Notes under the pieces: model-generated
Database searches by the model: none
Told to the model about the DNA's origin: nothing
What the model saw: only the letters and a program-made list of their open reading frames with translations
Part shown: positions 29,548-43,300 of the stretch, one piece after another
How the letters are laid out: each line of letters opens with the position of its first letter
Position numbering within the stretch: the first letter of the stretch is position 1
Made by a program: the position numbers and the translations under genes
NCBI GenBank assembly: GCA_002269645.1
Contig: NIVC01000892.1
Coordinates: forward strand, 186,001-250,000
Direction: 5' to 3'
Source: Macrostomum lignano
Lineage: Eukaryota
Length of the DNA: 64,000 nucleotides

Positions 29548-32500
29548 CTAGCGCTGATATCCGTGATGCTGTGGACACTGCACGTTCCTGGCACCAGGCA
29601 GGGACACCCGCCTCCGGCTGCCAGGGCGCGCGGCCGCAGCTGCCCCCGCAGCCGCCAGAGGCGATGACGTCATGTGCAGGCTGATCATGGCCGGCCGGTG
29701 CTGCTGATTGGCTGCAGAAATCGGCAGCGGCGGCCGGGTGGAGCTGCTGACGGTCACGGTGGGGTGGCTGGCAGTCTGGGCGATCTCCTGCTGATGCTGA
29801 TGACGGGGAGCTGCTGGCTGATGCTGCGGCGACTCATCGTCAATGGTTGCAGCATCTGCGGCTGCGTGATTGGCGTGCACCTGCTGCTGGGACAGATTCC
29901 ACTCCAGCTGGTAGGTTTGCCGCTCTTCTGGGGCTGCGAAAGGAGAATGGATTGCTAATCTATTATTGCTAATCCAGCCAAAATCACGGATGAAGAAATA
30001 GAATGGATTGCTAATCTAGCCAAAATCACGGATAAAGGAATAGAATGGATTGCTAATCTAGCCAAAATCACGGATAAAGGAATAGAATGGATTGCTAATC
30101 TAGCCAAAATCACGGATAAAGGAATAGAATGGATTGCTAATCTAGCCAACATCACGGATGAAGGAATAGAATGGATTGCTAATCTAGCCAACATCACGGA
30201 TGAAGGAATAGAATGGATTGCTAATCTAGCCAACATCACGGATGAAGGAATAGAATGGATTGCTAATCTAGCCAACATCACGGATGAAGGAATAGAATGG
30301 ATTGCTAATCTAGCCAACATCATGGATGAAGGAATAGAATGGATTGCTAATCTAGCCAAAATCATGGATTAAAGGAATAGAATGGATTGCTAATCTAGCC
30401 AAAATCATGGATTAAAGGAATAGAATGGATTGCTAATCTAGCCAAAATCATGGATTAAAGGAATAGAATGGATTGCTAATCTAGCCAAAATCATGGATTA
30501 AAGGAATAGAATGGATTGCCAGTCTCACCAATATGCACGGGCACTGAGTGTGCAGGGTAGGACGGTGACGCGCTGTTCAATCGCCGATTCGCTTGTCGCA
30601 GGCCGCCCACTCGGGCGCCTCGAAAGTGCCTGGATGCCAGCAGGCGTCCTGTCGTTGCTGGCAGTAGTTTTTAACAAAATATCATTAAATATCATATTAA
30701 ATATCAATTTTTTAAAGTTTGTTATATTTTGGGATTTAATTTAAACAAAGTGTAATTTTTTACATTGTAAACGTGATTGAGTTTGGTGACTGACTTTTGT
30801 TATAAAAATACATTCGATTTTTGCTTTCAAAGAATAAAATTTCCGTGTTTTTGCTTTAAAGGCGTAATTATTTATAGCTAATATTTTATAGCTGATAAGA
30901 GAAATATTTAAGAATTTCCCTTTTGCTGGCTGTATGCTTCTCTGCCATTTAATAATAAGCTTTAAATAGATTATTTTATAAAACTTTAATGCTCTCATAT
31001 TTATGTTTAGACAAGCTTAGTTTTAACAAATTTAAAGTGCTGGCCTCGCGTGATTTAAACAAAAAAAGCATTAAAAAGTTTAACCGAGTTAAACCACATT
31101 AATTTAAAAGTAAAAAAACTAATGAAGGCAGCTTGCACTAAAATAATAAACTGCACTCTAAACCGGTGTTACAAATTTTGCAGCTATAGGAATTCGTGAG
31201 CACGATTAATTAAAAGTGACACAATTTGTACCGTACACTCGTTTTGTGCAAAGTGAACAAGCTGTTTTGTAAAAGTCAAACTAAAGTTGGAAGAAAAAGT
31301 GGCACTGTTAAGTAAACAAACCTGTTTTGATGTTTGAGGCTTGACAGTCCAGATGTAAATTTATTTGATATTTATTCATGTCTATTTGCTTTAACTTTAA
31401 TTTTCTACTCTTTATTTTCAATTCAAATTTATTAAAATATGGCGACATTCTAACAGATGAAAATATATTTCCGGTAATTTTTTTTTCAAAATCACAGAAT
31501 TAATTCAATTTGTAGAGCTACTAGTCGATACCCGAATTTCGGGAATTTTCGGGAACACAATCCGTCTGGTTTTGTTGATCTTTTCGGCTGGAATCGAAGG
31601 CGTGCATCATACTGCGTTATGTAAATGTGCGCATGAATCTACTGTTAGTAGTTGCAAGTAGCAAAGGAATCAAATATGAGCACAGTATAACAGAGAAATA
31701 CTAATTTTGGTAATATTTTGTTAAAGAAGTCTACGCAAAATCACTCAAAACTTGACTGAAAATACAAGTAATATTAGCGTAAGAGACAGGTGTTAAACTG
31801 CCAAGGCATTTAAAAAAAGCCTGCAAAAAGCAGTCAATACATCAATCAATCAATCAACCCAGGAGAAGGCACGGGCTCCCCTGAATGGTTCACTCTTCTC
31901 CCTCTAGCCTCGGGGAGGTTTATGATTTGTACCCGGGGGTGGTGGGCGGTCGGCCCCAGCATGGTAGCCACGGCTCTAGGCCTTCGGGCCACCCCTAATG
32001 GGCTGGAGTCTATCAAACCTGGTTTTTGGGCACGGGCTTCCTGACTGGTATGTCGTTCCGCTGTCACTGTCCCCCGGGGAGGTTTGGTTTTTTTGATTCA
32101 GCCCTGTACAGTCCTCTATAGTCTAACTTGGCTTTAAGTGTACATTAGTACACTCCCTAGTAGGAAACTCATTTAGTCTAGTGGCGTAAGAGCCTATTTC
32201 AATGGCTGAGGCGCCGGATCACTTATCTTAGTTAGTTAGTTAGTCAATACATCAATCAATCAATCAACCAAACTCTTAATCAACGGATCAATCAAACAGT
32301 CAATTGATCGATCAATAAATCACTGAAAATAACAATAAATCAATCATACAACGAATCAATTAATCAATCAATCAATCAATGAATCTACAAATCAATTAAT
32401 CTATCAATCAATCAATCAACCAATCAATCAACCAATCAATCAACCAATCAATCAACCAATCAATCAACCAATCAATCAACCAATCAATCAACCAATCAAT

Positions 32501-32596
32501 CAACCAATCAATCAACCAATCAATCAATCAACCATCAGTTAATCAATCAATAAATCAATAAATAAATCAATCAATAAATAAATAAATAAATAAATA

Positions 32597-32634
<38 letters not shown>

Positions 32635-35600
32635 CCAGTTAATAAATGAGTCATTGCAGTAGTTTTTCTCGCTCTGTCAAGCCATTAACTAATCAGTGAT
32701 TAATCAAATTTGTCAAAAAAATCCCCAGAACTCTTACCCTGATCAGTCTGAGGCGAAGCGGCGGTCTCGCGTCCCGCAGTTGTTCCGGAGCTGGAGCCAC
32801 CGGCGATGAGGTTGGTGGACGAAGATCGCTTGTGCAGCAGGTGCAGCTGAGACTGCGGCTGCTGCTGAGGCCGACTCTGACCGCTAGTCGCTGCCAATGT
32901 CGAGGTGTCTTCCAGAGAGACGGCTCGACTGAACTGTCCAGGTTCCAGAAGTCTCTGTTCGCTTTCTAAATAAATAAAAGAAAAAAGCCAAGAATGACAA
33001 AGAATATAGCTATGCTAATTAAAAAATCTAAAAAGCAGTAGCTCAGCTACTCGTAAGCTATTTTAATATTCAGCAACAAAAACAAACAAAATCAGCAAAC
33101 AAAACAATATAATTAGCTACTGAAAGTAGTAGGTTGGAATGATTTTTTATTTGTTTGGCTGATTTAACTGAGCGGCGCTATTAAATTGATAAGGCCGAAG
33201 GGCTACCAATCGAATCTAAGGTTAAACAAAATTTTACCAGGTTAAAAACTAAAACTGCTACTTTTGTTCAAGAAGTAAAAGTTGCTTGAGAGTCTGGGGA
33301 TAGGAATTGAGAGTCTCTAGAGATCAGGATTGAGAGTCTCTAAAGGTCAAGATTGAGAGTCTCTAAAGATCAAGATTGAGGGTCTCTAGAGATCAGGATT
33401 GAGAGTCTCTAGAGATCGGGATTGAGAGTCTCTAAAGGTCAAGATTGAGAGTCTCTAAAGATCAAGATTAAGGGTCTCTAGAGATCAGGATTGAGAGTCT
33501 CTAGAGATCAGGATTGAGAGTCTCTAGAGATTAGGATTGAGAGTCTCTAGAGATCAGGATTGAGAGTCTCTAGAGATCGGGATTGAGAGTCTCTAAAGGT
33601 CAAGATTGAGAGTCTCTAAAGATCAAGATTTAGGGTCTCTAGAGATCAGGATTGAGAGTCTCTAGAGATCAGGATTGAGAGTCTTTAGAGATTAGGATTG
33701 AGAGTCTCTAGAGATCAGGATTGAGAGTCTCTAGAGATCAGGATTGAGAGTCTCTAGAGATCAGGATTGAGAGTCTCTAGAGATCAGGATTGAGGGTCTC
33801 TAGAGATCAGGATTGAGAGTCTCTAGAGATCAGGATTGAGAGTCTCTAGAGATCAGGATTGAGAGTCTCTAGAGATTAGGATTGAGAGTCTCTAGAGATC
33901 AGGATTGAGAGTCTCTAGAGATCAGGATTGAGAGTCTCTAGAGATCAGGATTGAGAGTCTCTAGAGATCAGGATTGAGGGTCTCTAGAGATCAGGATTGA
34001 GAGTCTCTAGAGATCAGGATTGAGAGTCTCTAGAGATCAGGATTGAGAGTCTCTAGAGATCAGGATTGAGAGTCTCTAGAGATCAGGATTGAGAGTCTCT
34101 AGAGATTAGGATTGAGAGTCTCTAGAGATCAGGATTGAGGGTCTCTAGAGATCAGGATTGAGAGTCTCTAGAGATCAGGATTGAGAGTCTCTAGAGATCA
34201 GGATTGAGAGTCTCTAGAGATTAGGATTGAGAGTCTCTAGAGATCAGGATTGAGAGTCTCTAGAGATCAGGATTGAGAGTCTCTAGAGATCAGGATGGAG
34301 TCTCTGGAGATTAAAATTGAGAACTTAAAGTAAATTTTCATTAAAAAAGAATTGAAAATTATTCAATCTTTTCAATACTAACAAAATTTTGAGCAATCAA
34401 AACGCATTCTAAATTTGAGTACTGTATGCATAGATATGCTAGCAGATCGTACTCAAGTAAAGCGCCCACAGAAAGGCCTGAACAGTAAGCACAAACGCGA
34501 TTAGCTGTCTAATGAGTTATATTTTGTTTAATGCATTCAACAGCCACCAATCAACTGTTGATAAATCAATTATAGGCTGATACCTCGCGCAGCCAGCAGA
34601 TATTCAATTGTCTCCAACGTGTAGTTATTGGCTACAGCGTTCGATCTCTGGTAGCTGTAAATTCTCAGCAGATTCGACGCGTCTTAAGGTGGGACAAGTA
34701 AAGGGCAGAGCATTTCTCAATGACAGCTGGTCACTTTTCAAGTCATTGTGCGTAAGGTCGAAAGAGTTATTTGGCTAATTGTGTTGGGAATTGGGAGTAG
34801 AAGGAGTTTGTAAAGAAGCCGCGTCGTGTTAGACATTATGCGGATTCTTCACCCACCCCACTCCCCGGCTGTAACCCTGGATTCCTTACCCGAACCAGTC
34901 CCCGGCTCTCCGCTGCGCCTCTGGATTCCTCACCCACCACGCCCCCCCGCTGCAACCTTGACTGCTCACCCACCCCACTCTCTGCCCCCGCTACACCCCG
35001 CTGCACCCCTGGATTCCTCACCAACCCCACTCCACCTAGATTCATCACCCTCCCCACTCCCCGGCCATCAGCTAAAACCCTGGATTCCTCACCCACCCCA
35101 CTCCCCGGCCATCCGCTAAAACCCTGGATTCCTCACCCACCCCACTCCCCGGCCATCCGCTAAAACCCTGGATTCCTCACCCACCCCACACTTCCCGGCC
35201 ATCCGCTAAAACCCTGGATTCCTCACCCACCCCACTCCCCGGCCATCCGCTAAAACCCTGGATTCCTCACCCACCCCACACTTCCCGGCCATCCGCTAAA
35301 ACCCTGGATTCCTCACCCACCCCACTCCCCGGCCATCCGCTAAAACCCTGGATTCCTCACCCACCCCACACTTCCCGGCCATCCGCTAAAACCCTGGATT
35401 CCTCACCCACCCCACTTCCTGGCCATCCGCTAATACCTTGAATTGCTCACCAACCCACTCCGGAGGAAAATTTTGTAACAGCAGAAGCAAGAAAACTCAG
35501 CACAGCACATGTACACTAAAAGTGCACGGGCACTCACCACCAGGCAATGTCCGGGTCTGCTGCTGCTGTCCAGCGATTCTCTCGAAATCCGCCAGCTGAT

Positions 35601-38600
35601 GGTGCCTGGCGCACAGAGACTGAGTCACTGATTGAGCATCCTGAGTTCCGCCTGCTGCCGCCAGCTGAGCTGTCGAAGAGACTTCGGCTGTGTCTGGATC
35701 AACCGGCTGGTTGGGAGTGGGCAGAACCGGTTGCAGATTGGGATCGGAGACCACGCTCTGTGGAAACGAGAAGATAAAAAAACTAGTTTGTTCCGAATTG
35801 CTAATATAACTGCCGTCAGACCGATGAAAACATATGTTAGACAGCTACTATCATCTGTTGGACAGATAAAAACACCTTTTGGACAGGTGCCATTACCTGT
35901 TATACGAAAAGCCGCATACACGAGTATGAAAAGCAATCAAACCTTGAGTCGAATAGGTGGCCCGGCTCTCTCCACTGTTCCCTTCGGCTGTCTGGCAGCT
36001 CCAGCCATCGACGATGCAGACCGGGTGACGACGCCCGAGCCAGCGGAAGTTGCGGATGCCGTCGTTGCAACCGCGGCGGAGGCTGAAGAGGAAGTCTTCG
36101 ATGGAGCGCTGAGAACGGCTGGCTTGCTTTTGTTCGGTTTTGCACCGCCGGATGCTCCAGCGTTGTGAGGGCACATCTGTCAGAGTATCATAACAATCGA
36201 GTCTTCAAGTGAATTTAAATCTTCGTCACCAGCGAGCATGTTGCGCTAAATTTACAATGGAAATAAATATATGCTTGAAAATGTTTCTACGCTCGTAACA
36301 GTCGAAAGGTAATCATTAGACTGATAAGAAACCAAATCTTTCACTGCCACTCCATACCTTTACCCGACACTTGCACCGCCACTCCCGTACCTCAGTTTTC
36401 TCCACTTCACTCCGACACTCTGTACCCCAATTTTCTCACCCACCACCTCACTCCGCCACTATGTATCCCAGTTTTCTCACCCACCACCTCACTCCGCCAC
36501 TATGTATCCCAGTTTTCTCACCCACCACCTCACTCCGCCACTCTGTACCCCAGTTTTCTCACCCAACACCTCACTCCGCCACTCTGTACCCCAGTTTTCT
36601 CACCCACCACCTCACTCCGCCACTCTGTACCCCAGTTTTCTCACCCACCACCTCACTCCGCCACTCTGTACCCCAGTTTTCTCATCCACCACCTCACTCC
36701 GCCACTCTGTACCCCAGTTTTCTCACCCACCACCTCACTCCGCCACTATGTCTATTTCTCACCCCAGTTTTCTCGTCCACCAGTCATTCCGCTACTGTAA
36801 ATCAAAGTTTTCCGACAGGCATCGTCACGTTTTCGCCAGTCCTAATAATACGTATATGTCTCTAAGTACAGTTAAATAAATATCTAGCAGTACACATTGA
36901 CAGCAAGCACGAGTAGTTTTTAGTTTACGACTTTTCTATGAGCTAGTACAAAGCAAACATACATAATTCACCTCATCGGCAAGATCAATAAAAAGTTAAT
37001 ATTAGTTACGAAAATTGCAGGCAGATAACGTAATTGATAACTTTTAAACGCGCACTTCTTATCAATTCAATTTTCTGAATATCCGCTAATTAATAATCAG
37101 ATAATGCTAATAATGCATTTGGACAAAACAAAATTTGCATAATATCAATCAGTGATAAGGCCAGATTTAAAAAAATTGAATGAGTAAGAGACTTTATATA
37201 TTCTACTCAAACAATAACAATACAATAACGTTATAATTTGGCTGTTAGTAGTACTATTAGTAGCATTAATGTGCTAGCCAGCGCACAATATACGAGCTAG
37301 AAACGTACTGCATTGCCACATGTGTCGCAGAACAACTGCTTTTTGGCGCCTGTTGTGGCCTAAAATATTTTTATTGACAACTTAGCGTTGAATAGTGCTA
37401 CTAGTTGAATAGCAGTATATTCAGATCACGGAAACTAAACTAGAAGACGCTACACTTGCAAATCGCGCTACAAACTTCACTGGAGGCCGTCTCAGCTTCT
37501 GAACTTCTGGACTGCAAAATCGAGCAAGTAGGCCTTTGGCCCAAGGTCGATTCGCTAGTTGGCATATAGCGGGTGTACCAGCTTAAGCTTGAGCAGTTTA
37601 ATTGATTGTTATTTGGCACTCTTACGCCCCTGGATTCCTCAACAACCTCACCAAGATTAAAAATAGGCTACAGATACTAATATGTCACTCTCAGTTAAAT
37701 TTATGAAAAAGTACTCCCTTTTCAGTAGTTTGAATGCGCAGTATGACTAAAATTGCCTTTTCTTCCTCGGGGTTTGTGGCCTCAGGAGCGTATGGGGTTA
37801 AGAATAAATAGGCAAGTATTTAGCTCGTAACTCGACGTACACAAGACGGACGAAACTCAGCCTAGGGTGCAGGCCCACTCTAGCTCAGCCAATGAGAGAG
37901 CAGTAAGGAGAGAGGTTAAATTAGGACGGACGAAACTCTGCCTAGGGTGCAGGCCCACTCTAGCTCAACCAATGAGAGAGCAGCAAGGAGAGAGGTCAAA
38001 CTGTTTATAGGCCTTTAGCTGGGGGCTGGGCCGGTGCCACGCCTTTTCTCTCTTACTCACTATGCACATTATTCTGTAAATAATTTCGAGTTCGGGGCGT
38101 AGGTGTGGGAAAGGAGTTAATTAAACTGTTTCAATATTCATCTGAACATCCGTTATATAAGCTTAAACATGTTAGTCAAGCTCGGACATCACGCACAATA
38201 ACAAAGACCTGAGCGCGATGTAAACACAGACTAATTTTTATTTTATGCAGCTTACCGGTCGCCTCTCGGCGGGCGATGATGCTGGCACACAGTCTGAATG
38301 GGGCTGCAAAAATGCAAATGTTTTGCAGTTGCTAATCTGCTTTTTTAGATAAGCTACAAGCAAAATTGTATTGGATTCAGTGCTTGACGGGTTAAAAATT
38401 GCTGGTGAATTGAAGTGGAACGGTTGCGGGTAAGCATGATGAATTGAAGTCTAGTAACACCTGTTACCTGAAAAAATTTACCTGTTACACAGTGAGCGTC
38501 ACCTGTTACACAGTGAGTACCACCTGTTACACAGTGAGTACCACCTGTTACACAGTGAGCGTCACCTGTTACACAGTGAGTACCACCTGTTACACAGTGA

Positions 38601-40308
38601 GTACCACCTGTTACACAGTGAGCGTCACCTGTTACACAGTGAGCATCACCTGTTATACAGTGAGAATCACCTGTTACACAGTGAGTACCACCTGTCAAAA
38701 AACTGATTAGAAGCAACCACCCGCGGCTGTTCAACACACCAAAATGAGTGCAATAATTGGCTGCACCAGTCGTTCAAAGCAATGCTTCATCAGCGAAATA
38801 TTCAGCACTGTCACTCACTGGCTTTGCCGGTTTGCCAGCCTTGGCGGCGGCGGCAGCCGCGGTTCGCTCCTTTCTCGATCGTCTCTGTCGAACCTTGCGA
38901 CGCTCCTGTTGCGACATCTGCGACTTCATGAACTCGTAGTGCACCGGCAGGCCATTGGATGCCGAGCTGTCCGAGCCGCCGTCCGAGCTTTCCACGTCTT
39001 CGTCCGAGATCTCGGCCAAGCTCAGCTCGTCAACGCTAACTACGTTGGGACAGCGACCGCTGCGCTGTAGGTTGACAAGAAGTTGCTCCTTCAATTTGTG
39101 CTCTACTTGCAGTAGTATCTCCTCGTTCTGAAATATTTGGCCCATTTGGGCGCGATGTTAACTCTGGTGAGTGTAAAAACGTTGCATCGCCAATACATTT
39201 TTTAATTGCTTATAATATAAAGAAGCGCGTGCAGTTTTAATATAAGGCTGATGAAATATTTGTTCAGGTTTACTATTAGATACTATATTAATAAATTGCC
39301 GTGGCATAGAAACGCAAAATATAGGCGGATATCAGATTGGAAAGGAGCTAGCAGTACATCTTTGAGATACTGTAAAGAATGGAAAGTTTTTTATTGAAGG
39401 CTAACCTTTAAGCTAATAAACTGTAATTTAGATGATTCCTCACTCACTGGGTTTCTCTCACTCACCACCCCATTCCGCCATTGTGTATCACATTTTCTCT
39501 CCTACGCAACCACCCCATTCTGCACTCTGCACCCCAGCTTTCTCGCCCACCACCCCACTCCGCCACTCCGTACCCCAGTTTTCTCAGCCACCACCCCACT
39601 CCGCCACTCGGTACACCAGTTTTCCCACCCACCACCCCACTCCGCCACTCCGTACCCCAGTTTTCTCACCCACCACCCCACTCCGCCCACTCTGTACCCC
39701 AGTTTTCTCACCCACCACATCATCCACCACCTCATTATGTTACACTGATTCTATAAAATTGTCCATGGTATTCCACAGTGTTACTCTCCCATTACTTAGT
39801 ATTGTGCTTGCAATTTAGTTTAGTAATTTAGTTAATTAACATAATGCAAAAGGGACAACAAGGTTGATAGTTGTTTACAAGTTCGTGAACCTGTACAAAA
39901 AAGCAGTGGGTGATTGGTATTCAAAGCAATATAATTGAAAATAAGTTTAAATGGGTGCGAAAAATTTAATAAAATCGCGTGACTGTGTACGGTGGTCAAA
40001 ACAGTTAATGTGAAAGCTAAAAAAGCGTTCGTATTTTTTATATACCTATTTAAGACAGAGTAAAGTAACTGATGGGGGAACTCTCCTCTATTGGAAACAA
40101 TAGGATTGTGCAAACAGAGAACGAGTGCAAAATAAAAGTGCATTTCAAACGTGCAAATTACCAGTTTTTATCACGTCCAGAATGGTATTCATTTTTTCCA
40201 AATGTTGCATAAAAAGTATGAGAAAATGATAAGCTTTTTATTTCATTAATATTTAAAGAACTAAATGCTTCCGCGGTTTGCAAATTACGAATTGTTTGAC
40301 AGATAGAT

Positions 40309-40359
<51 letters not shown>

Positions 40360-43300
40360 TAGATAGACAGATAGATAGCCCAGAATGGCTAATTGCACTA
40401 TTTAATTGCGCTATAGGCAATAATGGTCTCGCAATTCCAAAGCGTGCGGTCAACAAATGAGCACAATTCACTGCGCGGTAAGCAGTGAGCAGAGTTTTAT
40501 TGACGCTGTCTGCCGGACTGCCTGCCCACACACTCACGGAGAGGCTCTCATTAGAAATTGTTTGTCCCCGTCAAAAGAATGAGCGACCGTGGCCAGCTTG
40601 GGTAAAAGAATTATAAAAATTTGACCCGCTTCTAAAAATAAACTTTCTTACAAATAGAATTTTCTATCTCGTTCAGCTGCGCCGCCAGTCCCCGCCACAT
40701 TAGTGGCTGGGAAACGCAGGAGAAAGCTTTTATCATTCTTTCTTTCTGTTGTTAAGCCACTTTAACAAGCCGTCTGCAGATAGGACAAGTTCTACTCTGA
40801 GTGGATACTGCTGCAGATGCAATAGTTTGCAGTATAGGAATCTACGATAGATCTACTATATGAGTACATGAATATTAATTAATCGTTAATAACAGGGTAG
40901 CAGAATTAGCACTTCGATGAGGCACTAGGGTGTGATAATGAGGGGTTGCAAAATCTGGTCAATTTTATGTAACACCAAGTTGAATGAATAGATTAAAAAT
41001 TTATAAAGGGTGTTACAGGTAGAGGAAGAAAAGGGTGCGAATTAGGGTGAGAAAGCGGTAGAGAAAGGAGAGACGAAGGTAGAGACGAAGGGAGACAAAA
41101 AGGGAGACAAGAAGGGAGACAAGAAGGGAGACAAGAAGGGAGACAAGAAGGGAGACAAGAATGGAGACAAGAAGGGAGACAAGAAGGGAGACAAGAAGGG
41201 AGACAAGAAGGGAGACAAGAAGGGAGACAAGAAGGGAGACAAGAAGGGAGACAAGAATGGAGACAAGAAGGGAGACAAGAAGGGAGACAAGAAGGGAGAC
41301 AAGAAGGGAGACAAGAAGGGAGACAAGAAGCGAGACAAGAAGGGAGACAAGAAGGGAGACAAGAAGCGAGACAAGAAGGGAGACAAGAAGGGAGACAAGA
41401 ATGGAGACAAGAAGGGAGACAAGAAGGGAGACAAGAAGGGAGACAAGAAGGGAGACAAGAATGGAGACAAGAAGGGAGACAAGAAGGGAGACAAGAAGGG
41501 AGACAAGAAGGGAGACAAGAAGGGAGACAAGAAGGGAGACAAGAAGGGAGACAAGTAGGCAGACAAGAAGGGAGACTGGAAGGAAGAGAAGAGAGAAGCA
41601 GGGAGAGATTATCGTATAAGAGTATATTTCAGGAGTGATATGGGAAGTTAGGCAGCCCAATTCCCAGTAAGGAGTCAAGCAGGCGCTGACCTTAGCCGGG
41701 CTGGGGTCAAAGTAGTCCAACAGAGTGTCGCAGAAGTGCGCCCCCATTGCCTCGAGGTGCCTGCAGTTGAAGTGTTGGCCTTTCAGCCTGCTCAGAGTGG
41801 ATCCGCAGAACGTGGCCTCCATGGTGAAGGAATTCCTGACGCCCAGATTGTACATAACGATGCGCCCGGTGCCCTCTTTAGATTTCTGCATTTTGAATTT
41901 GCAATACTCGAAGCAGAACTTGTCCGGCGAGTTCTTGCTGAGCATCGCGGGAAAAACTCGCTCCAGCAGGCGGTCCCGATCTTCGCGAGCGTCCCGATCT
42001 TCGCAGCCGTAGATAAAGACATTCTGGCGTCTGGAGTGGCCGTGCAGATCGCAGTAGAGTGCCACTTCTCTGCTGGCTTGCAGCTTCTTGACCAGCTCGA
42101 CGATGGCGTACACGGCCGGGAAGGAGTCCTTCAGCACCGTCTTGTAGTTGCGGTTGAGGTCTCGGCCGGTCAGGGAGCACCGGTAGTTGCCGACGATGAC
42201 GCCGTCAGGGTTGATCATCGGCACCACCTTGAAGGTGAAGTTGTCGCGCAGCAGGCGGGCATCGGCGCTGTCACCGGTGATGAAGTCCAGGAAGCCCTTC
42301 ATCATCCAGCTGGCGTTGGACTCGCCGGGATGCACGCGGGAGGTGATCAGGATTACCTGAGGATGATTCGGGTTGGCCAGAGTTAATGGGATATTTGAGG
42401 CATTGAGGCTTGGGATTCACGTGGAGAGACTTTGATTTGCTACTTATAAACAGACCTATTGATTACAGGTAGACAGAGCTGTAATCTTCGATTACAGGTA
42501 GAGAAACCTATTGGTTACAGGTAGACAGAACTATTGGTTACAGGTAGACAGAACTATTAGTTACAGGTAGACAGACCTATTCATTACAGGTAGACAAAAC
42601 TATTGGTTACAGGTAGACAGAACTATTGGTTACAGGTAGACAGACCTATTCATTACAGGTAGACAGAACTATTGGTTACAGGTAGACAGGCCTATTGGTT
42701 ACAGGTAGACAGATTCATTGATAACGGCTAGACAGACTCATCGATTACAGATAGACAGACTAGTCGATTACAGGTAGACAGACTCAGCGATTACAGGTAG
42801 ACAGACTCAGCGATTACAGGTAGAGAGATTCATTAATTACAGGCATATAGACTAGTGATAGACCTAGTGATTAAGGTGGCACTAAATTAAAATTTTATTA
42901 TCATCAAGAGATTCAGCAGAGAAAACGGTAAGGACAGAACGGACTTTTATCTCCTCTCACCTTTTTCTGCGGACCAGACTGAGGAGGCTGTCTCCAGCCC
43001 GAGGCTGTGGCAGCGCCACCTGGAGCAGGTAGAGCTGCTGAGTCATCTGTGAGCTGCTGCTGCTGCTGCTGCTGAGTTTGAGTTGGCCCGGTGCCAATGG
43101 TGAGCAGGTGAACTGCATTGCCAGCCAGGGAGCGGCAGAGGACCCGCTGCTTGCAGAACTGCGATTTCACAGGATCGTCCTGGAGTTTCTGTAGATAGTC
43201 TACCAGATCCGAGTAGGTGTAAGGATAACAGTGAGCAAAGTACACCGTGTCCTCAGAATGCTCGAACCTGATCTGCCAAGTTAGCGAGTAGAAGTACTTG

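Noticed and set aside
41013-41690. Read-through of the catalytic exon into (LLVS)n as a membrane-anchored isoform; likewise gene B exon 1 into (LLSSP)n
   Set aside because: Good GT donors at 41690 and 27560 with in-phase downstream exons; the open frame is a by-product of the satellite. Would need intron-retention evidence.
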